The notes under the pieces: generated by a model
What the model saw: only the letters and a program-made list of their open reading frames with translations
Databases searched by the model: none
Told to the model about the DNA's origin: nothing
Made by a program: the position numbers and the translations under genes
Shown here: piece after piece, positions 50,195-62,509 of the stretch
How positions within the stretch are numbered: the stretch's first letter is position 1
Layout: every line of letters starts with the position of its first letter
Source of the DNA: Chiloscyllium plagiosum
Taxonomy: Eukaryota
Assembly (NCBI RefSeq): GCF_004010195.1
Contig: NC_057720.1
Location: forward strand, 29,309,949 to 29,373,948
Direction: 5' to 3'
Length of the DNA stretch: 64,000 bases

Positions 50195-50705
50195 AATATT
50201 GCATACAGTTCTGGTCACTGCATTATAGGAAGAATATGGAAGCTTTGGAAAGGGTTCAGAGGTGATTTACTCAGATGTTGCCTGGTATGGAGGGAAGGTC
50301 TTATGAGGAAAGGCTGAGGAACTTGAGGTTGTTTTCATTAGAGAGAAGAAGGTTGAGAGGTGAATTGATTGAGACATATAAGATAATCAGAGGATTAGAT
50401 AGGGTGGACAGTGAGAGCCTTTTTCTTCGGATGGTGATGGCTAGCACGATGGGACATAGCTTTAAATTGAGGGGTGATAGATGTTGGACAGATATCAGAA
50501 GTAGTTTCTTTACTCAGAACGTAGTAGGGGCATAGAACACCCTGCCTGCAACAGTAGTAGACTCATCAACTTTAAGGGTATTTAATTGGTCATTGGATAA
50601 ACATATGGTTGAAAATGTAGGATAGATAGGCTTCAGATTGGTTCCACAGGTCAGTGCAACATTGAGGGCCGAAGGGCCTGTACTGTGCTGTAATGTTCCA
50701 CATTC
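50195..50705 (+). mobile_element. CR1 3' end
   Basis: ORF 50275-50535; same family as 1-420. Confidence 0.92.
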
Positions 50706-51264
50706 TAATTACCAAGATAGGATAATTGTCTTCCAACAACAATAACCAATTCCATTGTATCATGTATGACTCCAGCCAGGAAAAGTTTTCTCCTGTATAC
50801 TCTTGACTTCAGTTTTATTAGGAAGTTGATGCCACACTGGGTTGATGTGGAGGTGTATTAACTTCACCTGTAGATAGATTGTATTGAGAGTTGATCTGGT
50901 GTCAAAAGCTGGAGGAGGAGTTAAGGAAATGGACCCCTGTTCCACTTCACTCTACAGCAGAAAATAGTAGGCATCATCTAGCTGTAAACCCAGACCAGCT
51001 TTGCCCAAATGATGCGGGAGGTAGGACCTTCAATTGCATATCTAATTTGTCTAGTTTAGGATAGGCATCTGTCAGTTTTCAATCTAGCACTCAGTGCACA
51101 TCCAGAGAATATTGGAAATAAGCAATCCAAAAGTGGCACTTTCAACAAGAGTTTTGTGCTCAAGATGTGCATTTAACAGGAATCAATTCCTCTGTAAGTA
51201 TGAACTATCTCACCTCACTTGAGTAGAGATAGAGATGTAGTCTAGCCAAGGAAAAATAGACAAT

Positions 51265-51470
51265 AACAACAGCAAGTGCTGAATAAGCTCAGCATGTCTG
51301 GCAGCTTCCATGGAGTAAGAAACAGAGTTAATGTTTAGAATCTGATATGACTCTTCTTCAGAAACATTAACTCTATTTCTCTCTCTCTAAATGCTGTCAG
51401 GCACACTGCATTTATCCAGCAATTTCAATTTTTATTTCAGATTTCCAGCATCAGCAGAATTTTGTTTTTA
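51265..51470. mobile_element. Old PLE fold-back pLTR pair
   Basis: Inverted arms (AGAAACAGAGTTAATGTTT / AAACATTAACTCTATTTCT), minus-strand CTGAAGAAGAGTCA core, tail CAGATTTCCAGCATCAGCAG. Confidence 0.65.
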
Positions 51471-52147
51471 AAGGAAAAATACTGTTGGTCAGATTGAATT
51501 TAGCAATCGACATTTTGAAAAGAAATAAAAGATGGCCTGGCAATCATTTTACAGTATTAGATGCAACTTAGTGCTATTGGGAGTAGGTAAATGACAGGTT
51601 CAATAGAGGTTAATTAGTATAATTCAAATACTTTGTTGCCTTCTCATCCATAATGTATTGGAGTGAACAGCTCCTGTCCTGCTGAGGACTGCCTATCATT
51701 GCCAATGTGATGTTTTGTTCACAGTAAACTCCTACACTATTCAACTCAAACATTCAGATATGAGAGTTACTTGGTTGTTTGTAAGCTAGATTCCCCTCAT
51801 TTAATCAGTCTTTTTCATATACAATTACAGAAGTGAAATAACTATCAGATTTTCTGTAAGTGAATGAAATATGTTTTATTAATACAATTGCAATTCTTTC
51901 AAGTCCATAAGCCTATATCCAAGCTGTGCAGCCCAGTTACATCCAGTTGTAAATGGTGGTGAACAATTAAATACCTGACTGGGGACTCGGCAAGATGGCA
52001 GTGATTCTGTAGGACTGCTGTGGACAGCTCTGCCTAACAGCCAAGGCATACCGATGTTTTTTGCCATCCCTGGCCAACTTATGTGGTGAAATTAATAGTT
52101 TAAAACCTTACAGAACACATATTTGTTAATATTTGGGAGTAGGAAGG

Positions 52148-53706
52148 ATGCCAAAGGGAAAAGGAGCAAGCAAACAGCAGCAGGGAGGACACTCCCCTGC
52201 AGCACCCGGAATACCAGAGACTGTAGCAGCAGCAGCCTCTCCTGAACCCCCAGGGACCGGACAAACTCACAGGAATTGGCGGCGGCGATGGAGAGACTTA
52301 CCTTGAAAGTTGCGGCTGCAACTGAGGAAATCCGTGGGGAGATTCGTGCCCAGGTCCAACCTATCGCATCCAGGCTGCAGAAACATGAGTAGGAGATCCA
52401 GGGCCTTTGGGAGAGGCTGGAGGAGGTGGAGGGTCGAACTAAGGCCTCGGAAGCTGCAATGGAGTCCTCATTGTGAGAACCAAAGCTCACTCACTTCAAT
52501 AATTTCAGTCCGAGACAAAAATCTGAAACAGTAGTGTTGTTTATTTGTACACTTGCAAGTAGGTGCAATGTCTAATGCCAGGTAAGGCAATGACAAATAC
52601 ACATCAAATCCAACAAACTCTCGAAATTTATACAATTTGAATCCCCATATTTTTTCTTATTTCATTGTTTGCCCCCTCCTCCGCTTACGTCACTCATTTC
52701 CTTAAGACTGATCCCACAACTTCTGTTTATCCGGCCTTGTCCGTGACAAATGCCTATCTCTGCCTCCCATAAGGTTGTTTGACGTCATCCTACTGCAGGT
52801 CACCGCTAGGCATATCCTTTCTTTATCAGCATTTATTCCTCTCCGGAGGCCACTCTGACCTTTATGACCTCTTTAATTAGGGTTTGTTCCTGCGTCCCCA
52901 TACAAGTGGGAAAACAGATGTTTATAAAGGCCTCTCTTCACAGCATTTTATCTAGTGCCTGTATTTCTACCATTGTTTCGTAATCACGTCTCATGCTAAC
53001 ATACCATTTTTTTTAACGGATTATATACTTCCTCATTCTTGCTAATTCAGCTCCCGGCCGAAACAATCCCAAACTAATGTGAATTCATTTACTCTGTATC
53101 AGAACTTATAATTGCAGAAATAACATTAATTCACCTATATCCCGCATCATCCAGTCGGATCCAGGTGATGGAGCGAGAGGTGAAGGCCTAGCAAGACTAT
53201 ATCGACGACCTTGAAAATCGAGGTCGGAGGATAAATCTCTGAATTGTCGGGCTCCCTGAAGGTAAGGAAGGTGAGCAGCTAGTCAGCTTCTTTGAAAGCT
53301 GGCTGCCGCAGTTTTTGGGCCTTCACATCGAGTCCAACAGACTACAGATTGAAAGGATGTATCGGGTTACAGTGCATAGGTCAGGCCCAGTGCAGCGCCT
53401 CCGCTCGGTCCTAGTGTACTTCCATTCATGTAAGGACAAGCAAAAAGTCAGAAGCTTCCAGATCCCTGGGGAAAGATCCACAGGCACTGCTGTACAAGGG
53501 GTCAAAAATCATGTTTTTCCAGGATTTTTCAGCAGCTGTAATTCGATAAGAAGAAGTCCTTTGATGAAGTTAAAAAGAGGCTGAGGAACCTGGGCATCCA
53601 GTACTCTATGAGGTATCCTGCAGTGCTTCATTTCAGCCACGAGGACTCAGTTTATACATTTGACTCAGCGGATAAGGCTAAAAGCTTTGTGGACACTTTA
53701 AAATAG
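52148..53706 (+). pseudogene. L1 ORF1 (Transposase_22-like RNA-binding protein), disrupted and interrupted by a solo LTR
   Basis: MPKGKGASK...; IDDLENRGRRINL*IVGLPEG; IERMYRV; YSMRYPAVL. Confidence 0.88.
52472..53146 (-). mobile_element. Solo LTR (ERV/Gypsy-type), 675 bp
   Basis: TG...CA termini; perfect 4-bp TSD TCAT (52468-52471, 53147-53150); L1 ORF1 resumes across it; minus-strand TATAAA about 52626 and AATAAA about 52541. Confidence 0.85.
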
Positions 53707-53753
53707 ATGGATTTGCCTGAAGAATATGGTTAATGTTTGTGCTCTTTTCTATC

Positions 53754-54434
53754 TGTGAGAAATGAAACTCACACATTAATAAATTTCAGTCCGAGTCAAA
53801 TTCTGAAGCAGCAAATTTTATTGATACGTACTTGCAAGAACGGATGCCTAATGGCTAAGCACCCCGACCTGAGGGTTACATTCTGATTTATGCTGTTCAG
53901 CTTCATCTCTTGGTCCTCCCCTTTCACCCCATTGGTTACTTTTACTGTAGCGCGTAGCCTATCACAAGCTCTAGCTTCGCTCCACCTTTGTCTAGCTTCT
54001 CTCCGCCTCTGTTTATTTCTCCCATTACTCTAAGCCTGTCTCCCCTTACTCTTATTTATCTCATTCCTTATATGTGACTATCCTGGCATAGTTTGCTGTC
54101 TTCGTGCGATCATCCTGCCAAACTAAATTCCATCCGTTGGCCACATCCCTCCTGAGACTGGCACACTATTCTCCTGTTACTGGTACATCCTGCTACACGG
54201 TCGCTCTGCCCTATTAGTCAGAGATAATTCTACCTGTTTTTGCTTCTTTCTGTTTTCCTATGCCTGGTACATCCCGCTCCACGATTGCTCTGCCTTATTT
54301 GTCATAGATAATTCTATCTGTTTTCGCTTCTCACTGTTTAGTATTTGCATGCGCAGCCTAATTTTATAATGTAAGCTTTTGCAGAAGCAACACCTGTTCC
54401 CTTATTCTGCACAATTTTAACCCTATACCTTACA
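53754..54434 (-). mobile_element. Solo LTR (related family), 681 bp
   Basis: TGTGAGAA...CTTACA termini; TSD TATC/TACC; first about 90 bp similar to the 52472 LTR; minus-strand CCAAT about 53932 and AATAAA about 53818. Confidence 0.78.
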
Positions 54435-55003
54435 TACCTTTCCCCATGTTTTCCCTTCCTTTTTTTATTCCTTTCTTTCTCCCTAATAATTTCCTTTTTG
54501 GGAAGGGGGCAAAAGACTTTGGAATAAGTTGTCCCTGTTTTTTAATAACTGGATTTTCTGATGGGAAATTTTGTGGATGTTCTTTGTTGGCTCTTGCCTT
54601 TTTTTTTGTTTGTTCTGCTTCTCTTTTAGTCACAAGTAGGGGTGACATGAAGCCAGGGTGGAGTGCTCATCCTGACTTTGTCTTTTTTTCTGTTGATTTA
54701 AGGATCATATCCTTATTTTTTTCTCTGGCCTAAGGCTGGGGCACAGTCCGGGTTTGAAGGAGCTGTGAAGGAGGGGATGGGTAGGGTGAGTGCCCCTTAT
54801 GGGCAGGGGGAAGAGTCTTCCATTCAAGGTTCTATAGTTGGTTTTCTTTGTAGTTGTTCGGTAGTAATAATTGTTTATAGTTATGATAGAGTAGTTTTTT
54901 GTATATATATTTTTTCGATTCTATGACTCTTTATTTACTTATGCTTGGCACTGTGTAAGCAGGGTTCTCCCTCCAAGGGGTTCAATGGTGTCTGAAAGGA
55001 GAT

Positions 55004-58000
55004 ATGGCTAAGTGACTTATTAAATGGTGCACCTGGAACATTAAGGGAAGTCATTTACCCATTAAAAGGAAAAAAGTGCTTTCTAGCCTTAAGAGGGAAA
55101 GGGTTGATATCACTTTGTTACAGGACACCCATCTTGATGATGGGGAATACCTGAAATTACAACAGTGGGGTTATGACCGGGTATTCTTTTCATCCTTTAC
55201 TACTAAAAGTAGGGGAGTGGCGGTACTTATCCAGAAAAATCTTCCGTTCACATTATTAGAGCAGGTGAAAGATGAACAGGGATGGTTTGCCATACTAAAG
55301 CCCTGATACATGGGGAGGAATATGGCATTTTAAATGTCTACTGTCCTCCGGCGCAACCCCTCAAATTTTTGATTAGTGCTTTCTCTAAGTTGACTGCTTT
55401 TGCAACATGGCACATTATTATACGGGGGGATTTTAATTGTCTTTTGGATCCAACAGTGGACAGGATGCCTTGTGGACCTCTAACTATTTCTTCGCAGGCC
55501 AAACAGGAGTTGGGGCTGATAGATATTTAGAGATGTCTTCACCCTACCAGCAGGGACTTCACCTTTTCTTCAAACCCACATAAATGTCACACGAGAATTG
55601 ACCTCTTTCTGGCTCCTTCGGTCCTTCTGGAATAGATTATGAGTTGTAAAATTGGGAATATTGCTATCTCTGATCACGTGGCAGTATATTTGGAGGTTAA
55701 GGCCAAGAGTGAAGGGCTAGGTGTGCGGCACTGGCGTTTGGTCCCTTTTCTCCTTAAGGATTCCAAATTTGTGGAATACTTTTTGAGGGAGTTTCAGGAA
55801 TTCTTGACTATCAACTCAGGCATGGCTAGTAATCCATCCATGCTATGGGAGACTGCTAAGGCCTTTGCTAGGGGATTAGCTATTTCCTATTCGGCTAGCT
55901 GGAAACGAGGAACAGCAGCATCTGAAAGCTGCGGAGGCATTACATTTTGCGTGGCCTTCGGTGACTAAGCTACAGCGGATCACAGCCCTTTGGGCTGCCT
56001 TGAATTCAAAACTGATACAAAATGCAAAGAAAGAACTTGCTTTTGCTAGACAGAGACTGTTAAAATATGGGATTAGGCCAGGGAAGTATTTAGTGCACCT
56101 GATTAGGAAAAAGCATGCTCCCCAATCCATTACTGCAATTAGAGACAGCGCCAGGGTCCTTACATACAATGTTTAAAGATTAATGAGGCTTTTCGGAGCT
56201 TTTACTCTGAATTGTATCGGTCTGAAGGTTGCGAAGACAGGAGGGCGAAAATGGAGATCTTTTTTAAGAACTTGGACCTCCCAGGGGTAACTTTGGAACA
56301 GGCCTCTCTCCTTAATGCCCCTTGACAGTTCAGGAAGTACAGGAGGCAGCTAGGCAACTTCAGAGTGGAAAAGCACCTGGCCCTGATGGTCTTCCGGGTC
56401 AGTTTTAAAAGAAGTTTATAGGGTTTCTGTCAGGGCCGATGTTGGAGATGTACAATTACTCTTATATGCATGAATGTCTACCACCATCTTTGAGAGAAGC
56501 TAATATTTCCTTAATTCTTAAGAAGGGGAAGGTTCCTGAGGATTGTGCCTTATACAGGCCCATCTCTCTATTAAATTCAGATTTCAAGATTCTGTCCAAG
56601 GTTCTGGCGCTGAGATTGGAAAAGGGTGTTGCCCCATATTATTAAAGAGGACCAGACAGGCTTTATAAGTGGCCGTACATCCTCTAATAATATTAGAAGG
56701 TTGCTGAATGTGGCCCAAGTTTGTCAGCAACAATCAATTCAGGGGTCGGTGATTTCCTTAGATGCACAGAAAGCATTTGACTGAGTGGAATGACCGTATT
56801 GTTTTTATGTCTTAGAACAGTTTGGGTTGGGTGGAGTCTTTGCTAGGTGGGTGGAGGTTTTATATCACCACCCTCTGGCCGTGGTCATCACCAATGGGGT
56901 AAAGTCTGGGAATTTTAGGATTGGTAGGGGTAGTCGGCAAAGCTGCCCCCTCTCCCCGCTGTTGTTTACGTTGGTGATAGAGCCACTGGCAGAGGCCATA
57001 TGTCAGAACATCCACATAACTGCTTCGGAAGTGGGATCGAAGGCACACAACATTACACAGTATGCGGATGATGTCCTTCTGTTTTTATCGAACCCGATGA
57101 TCTCTGTAACCCATTTGATACAATGTATCAATTCATTTGGGGCTATTTCAGGATATAAGATTAACTTTGCAAAATCGAAGGCTATGCCTTTGGGGAACTT
57201 TAAGGATGTGCCAAAAGTTGAAGGAGGCCCTAAGTTCCCCTTTAAGTGGTCACGGACAGGATTCCGGTACCTAGGCATTTTTATTAGCCCCAAGTTTGAT
57301 CTGTTATTTCGGACTAACTTTGCCCACCTGCTCGACAATATTAGACAAGGTCTGCAGAGTTGGGAGGCTCTTCCAATTTCATGGCTGGGCCTCTCATTAA
57401 GATGAATGTTCTTCCTTATTTGCTTTGTCCCATGAGTATACTCCCACGTCAACGCTGCTTATGGGGTGGTTTGGTTCCTTTGTCTGGCATCTTGGGCGGC
57501 CCCTCATCAAACTTGCTAAATTGCAGTTGCCTCAAGGAGGGGGAGGAGTTGATTTCCCAGACATCAGGAGTTATCAATTGAGTTCCCTGCTGTCCTTTGT
57601 CTGTGATTGGGTAGGTAACGATCCAAACTCAATATGGCTGGATATTGAGGGCTCCCAAGCAAAGTGTCCTCTTATTAACCTATTGTTCATGGATAAGATA
57701 AGGACAGCTATGGACCACTGCCGGAACCCCATTGTCATTAGTACAGTCAGGGCTTGGAGGGCGATGCACCAGAGTGAGGGTTGTTTATCCAAGACTTTGC
57801 CACTTACACCTATAGTTGGCATACAGGATTCAGACCAGGGATGATGGACTCAGGGTTCAAACTATGGGCAGCGAGAGGAGTTTCTAGTTTGGGAGACTTG
57901 TTTGAGGGGGAGGTTATGATGTCTTTTGAGCAACTGAGCTGCAAATACGGGTTACCCAGCAGAGAACTTTTCCATTTTTTTCAGGTTAGGGATTTCATCC

Positions 58001-58696
58001 AGAAGAAGACTACACTTCTCACTAAACCTTACAAGCCCAATACAGAAAGTTTGTTGCTACGTTCCACAAACACCCTTTCAGTTAGTGCCCTCTAACGCCT
58101 GCTGGGTGGCAGGTCTGGCAGAGTATTAACCAGTTATGTGAGGTCTGGGAGCAAGAGCTAGACTGGAGATCTCTTCTGAAACATAAGAGAACATATGGGA
58201 GAATACTCGAAAGATCTCAATCTGTAATAGGATATGCGCTACGCAGTTAAAAGTTCTGCACAGGGCTCATCTGGTGCGCCCCAATGTAAAATAAGTGTAG
58301 GTACTCTTACCCATTGCTTCTGGACCTGCCACAGGCTCCATGTTTATTGGAGCGCTGTGGCAGGAGAGATAGGGAGGGTATTGAGGACTGAAGTCAAAGT
58401 AGACCTGATATCTCTCCTCTTGGGGTCTACAGAATTTACTATCTTTAGACGGGCATGGAAAGAAACTATGTAATATTCTTGCATACTGTGCACGGAAGAA
58501 TATTCTGATGAACTGGGTGTCTGAGAACCCGCCGGGCTTGCTGGGATGGCATAAATTAATTATGGAGCACATTCCCTTGGACTTTTTTACAAACGTAGTG
58601 CACCACACAACAGACCATTTTTATAAGACATGGCAGCCCTACTTGAGTTATTTGGATATAGATTTGTCAGTTATCTTAACTAGGACATTTGTTTAA
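55004..58696 (+). pseudogene. L1 ORF2 (APE endonuclease, RT, CCHC), multiple stops and frameshifts
   Basis: TWNIKG, LLQDTH, GDFN, SDH; YRPISLLNSDFKIL; GSRQSCPLSPLLF; YADD; SGYKINFAKS; CKISVGTLTHCFWTC. Confidence 0.93.
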
Positions 58697-59504
58697 CCAG
58701 GATGGTTAGATTTGTCAAGCCCTGGGCCCTGGAGAGGGGTTCCTGAGTTAATACGGGTATGTATACAATGCTCCTGTTCCTCTGTTTGGGAGCTTTGCGC
58801 CGAGCATAGTTGTTCTGTCTTCTGTGTTTTTTTTTGTTTTTTTTGCTTTTCTTTCTTTTTTTGTTGTTTTGTATTCGAGGGTAAGTCAATAGTTAGGAGA
58901 CAGTAGTTGTATTGTTTTTGTGTTTGTTTTCATTTTATTACACTGATATTTGTTATTGATTGTATTTTTCAATAATTTTACATGTTTGTAAAGTTAAAAA
59001 AAATTTGCTAATAAATATATTTACAAAAAAAAATACCTGACTGGAAGAGGCTCCACAAATATCCTCATCCTTAATAATGGGGGAACACAACAGATCAGTG
59101 CAAACCATTATGGCTGAAACATTCAGGACAATCTTCAGCCACAGGTGCCCAGTAGATCATCCATCTTGGCCTCCTTCAGTGATCCTCAACATCACAGATA
59201 CCAGTCTTTGGCCAATTTGATTCACTCCATGTGCGAGAACAATTGGAGGCGCTGCATACTGCAAAGCCAACATTACAGCAATATTACTGAAGACAAATGC
59301 TCCAGAACTTGCCGCTGTCTGAACCAAGCTGTTTCAGTACAGCTACAACACTGGCATCTACCAGACAATGTGGAAAATGCTCAGGTATGTTCTATCCACA
59401 TAAAACATGACAAAACCAACCTGGTTAATTACTGTTCCTTCAGTTTACTCTCATACATCAGTAAAAAGATTGAAAATGCCATCATGCGGCACTTACTTAG
59501 CAAT

Positions 59505-59855
59505 AATCCTAGAATCCCTACAGTGCAGACAGTGGCTATTTGGCCCATTGAATCTGTACTGACCCTCTGAAGAGCATCCCACCCATACCCACCCCATCAC
59601 TGCACATTTACCATGGCTAATCCAACTAGCCTTCACATCCCTGGACACTATGGCAATGTAGCATGGAAAATCAACCTAACAGTACATTTTTGGACTGCGG
59701 GAGGAAACCTGAGCAGCCAGTGGAAACACATGCAGACATGGGGATAATGTGCAAACTCCACAAGGACAGCCACCCAAGGCTGGAATCGAGCATCTGTTCC
59801 TGGAGTTGTGAGTTGGCAATGCCACTATGCGGCACCACTATGCCACCATGCCATC
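59505..59855 (-). mobile_element. Older V-SINE copy
   Basis: Degenerate V-domain (GGACTGCGGGAGGAAACC...GTGCAAACTCCACA) and tRNA head. Confidence 0.8.
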
Positions 59856-62129
59856 CTTACCTGTTTACTGCTTACTAACACCGAACTTGGGTTCTGCTGG
59901 GGCCACTCAGCTTCTGACCTCATTAGTTGAAACATAGTCAAAAGAGCTGAATTAAACAGGTAATGTGAGAATGACAGCGCTTGGTATCAAGGCCACATTT
60001 GACCAAGGAGTTGCAGCAAAACTGGATTCAATGGGAAAACTCTCCTCTGGTTAGAGTCATGCCTGGCACAAAGAAAGGTGTTTGAGGTTGTTGGAGGTCA
60101 GTTGACCCAGCTCCAGGGCATCCGTGTGGAAGTTCCTCAGGGTAATGCTCAGACCCAGCCATCTTCAAAGGCTTCATCAATGACCTTCCCTTCATCATAA
60201 GGTTAGAAGTGGGGGAGTTTGCTAATGATTGCACAATGTTCAACTCGTGTAACAACCCTGACACTGAAACAATCCATGTCCATATGCAGCAATATCAGGA
60301 TATCCAGGCTTGGGCTAAAACGTGATGAGTAACATTCATGCCACATAAATGTCAGGTAATGACCGTCTCTAAAAAAGACAAAATTTGCCATCGACATTCA
60401 ATGGCATTACCATTCACTGAATACCTCACTATCAATATTCTGTGGGTTACCATTAACCAGAAACTGAACTGGACTGGCCACACAACCACAGTGGCTACAA
60501 GAGCAGACCAGAGACTAGGAATTCTGCAGTGAGTAACTTATGTCCTGACTCCCCAATGCCTGTCCATCATTTACAAGGTACAAGTCAGGATTGTGATGGA
60601 AAATACTCACTTGCCTGGACAGATGCAGCTCCAATAACACTCAAGAAGATTGATGCCATTTAAGACAAAGCAGCCCACTCGATTGGCACCACAACCATTG
60701 ACATCCACTCCCTCTACCGTTGATGCAGGGTAGCTCAGTGTGTACTGTCTACAAGATGCACTGCAGAAATTCACCAAGGCTCCATGACAGTAGCTTCCAA
60801 ATCCAGAATCACTACCATGTAGAAGGACAAGCACAACAAATACACGGAAATACCACCATGTGCAAGTTCCCCTCCAAACCACTCACCATCCTGACTTGAA
60901 AATATATCACTGTTCCTTCAGTGTCACTGGATCAAAATCCTGGAACACCCTCCCTTATATCATTGTGGGTGTACCTATAACACATGGATTGCAGCAGTTC
61001 AAGAAGGCAGTTTACCACCACCATCTCAAGGTCAACTAGGGATGGACAAAAGTGTTGGCCCAGCCTGTGACACTCACATCTCATGAATGAAGAAAGACAA
61101 ATGAAATTTCCACATTAATTCAAATTTTTATCTGAAATATTTTGCATTGTTTTACATACTTTATAATAAATTGAAAGTTGACATCTCATGGTGCAGTGGA
61201 TTGGGTCTTTGATCCAGAAGCTCTGTGTTCACTCCAGAACATGATGCCAAACCCTAGACCTGTAAATCTTTCTGATCCACGAAGAGTGACTGGGTCAGCA
61301 ATGCTTAACCCTTGAAACTTTATCCTCCAAAGGCAGGTTAGCAACCTGTTCCAGGCTAGCTATTGAAACAAAGGTATGCATGTGTTTAGTCTGCCTCATT
61401 ATCATTAGACACAGGAAAGAAGAAAGGCAACCTATTTTTGTTAATTTGAAGTGAATTATTCAGTTGATAGTTTAGAAATTGGATTAATATCAGTAATCTG
61501 GTCCCTGACCTCCAATTTCTGATTTACATTATGTGGAGATTTCATTTGTTGTGTGTTGGAACAAGTGTACATAATAATTGTATTTACTCTGCACTTCATG
61601 ATTTAAAAAAAAACATATTTTATTTATTGAAAATAGATCAATTTTAGAAAAAATGCTCCCTTACAATAGCTTGTGTACCTCTAAGGAGAGAAGAGAAACC
61701 TTCAATGCTTTCAGCTCTGTGTGAAGTTTGCAAACAACAAGACACTCTGATGACACTGTTGATTAATAACAGATGTAAATGACTGGGTAAAGAGACAGAC
61801 GAGTGTTAGAATTAAATAAGTTGTATTTTTGGTCTGGTAATTCATCACATAATGTGATAAGGAACACTCTGGCACAAATACTGCAGCTGTGATTGTGCCT
61901 GAAAACAAGCAGCAAAGTGAAAGGGCACTTATTGTAACATGGACCATTTGAAATTGCTGCAGCAGCTGAGAAAGGTATACAGCCATTACCACTGTGTTGC
62001 CTCTTGATTGCATACCTGTTTGGGTAGCTGTTCTGCTGTAGGTGCCCTATGCCACTTAAAGACAGTCTGCATTTAAAGATTGCCTTCCATTGCTGCTGCT
62101 GGGAAGAAATTGGCTGCAAGGGTTGTAGA

Positions 62130-62345
62130 TCAATCCCCTGAATTCTTCAATATTGAAGACTCTGTTCCATGTGGATGGTCAGAGGATGACGTGGGGTGTT
62201 GGAAGGAGACGTCTCACTAAGCAACACAAAGGCCACTAATTGGAAGAGATTTTCAAAGAGGTTAATGCAGGATACTTAGCTCTCAGACAAAGATACAATG
62301 CTGAAAAAATGTTTAATAAGCTCTGAACAGTCATCAAGATAAGTA
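62130..62345 (+). mobile_element. Possible PIF/Harbinger Myb/SANT-like gene remnant
   Basis: With frameshifts: W..EIFKEVNAG.LA.R..IQC*K.FNKL, followed by GTCATCAAGATAAGT (decayed donor-like). Confidence 0.4.
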
Positions 62346-62509
62346 TCCTTCATCTAAACTGCAGAAACTCTCCACTCACACCTACAGCTACCTGAAATCT
62401 CAGTAATCACAATGCTATCCTCACTGTTTCTCTTTATACTCCTGCACCTTTCATTCAAACTTTATCTCACCATTAGCGATTTTTGAGATTTGTATTTCAG
62501 GTTGATGAT

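Larger units (their letters stand above)
51983..59030 (+). mobile_element. Full-length decayed L1 LINE
   Basis: 14-bp TSD AAATACCTGACTGG at 51969-51982 and 59031-59044; TT|AAA target; 5' CAAGATGGC; ORF1, T-rich spacer, ORF2, AATAAA and A tail. Confidence 0.95.
51885..61100 (+). mobile_element. CR1-group LINE (second family) 3' half, split by the L1 insertion and a SINE
   Basis: SKLCSPVTSSCKWW*TIKYLTG continues after the L1 at 59045; GVPQG/FANDCT-like RT motifs about 60120-60240; 3' end about 61090. Confidence 0.8.

Noticed and set aside
52472..54434. Single small provirus or TRIM bounded by two LTRs
   Set aside because: Each LTR has its own TSD, the interiors differ, and the intervening DNA is L1 ORF1.
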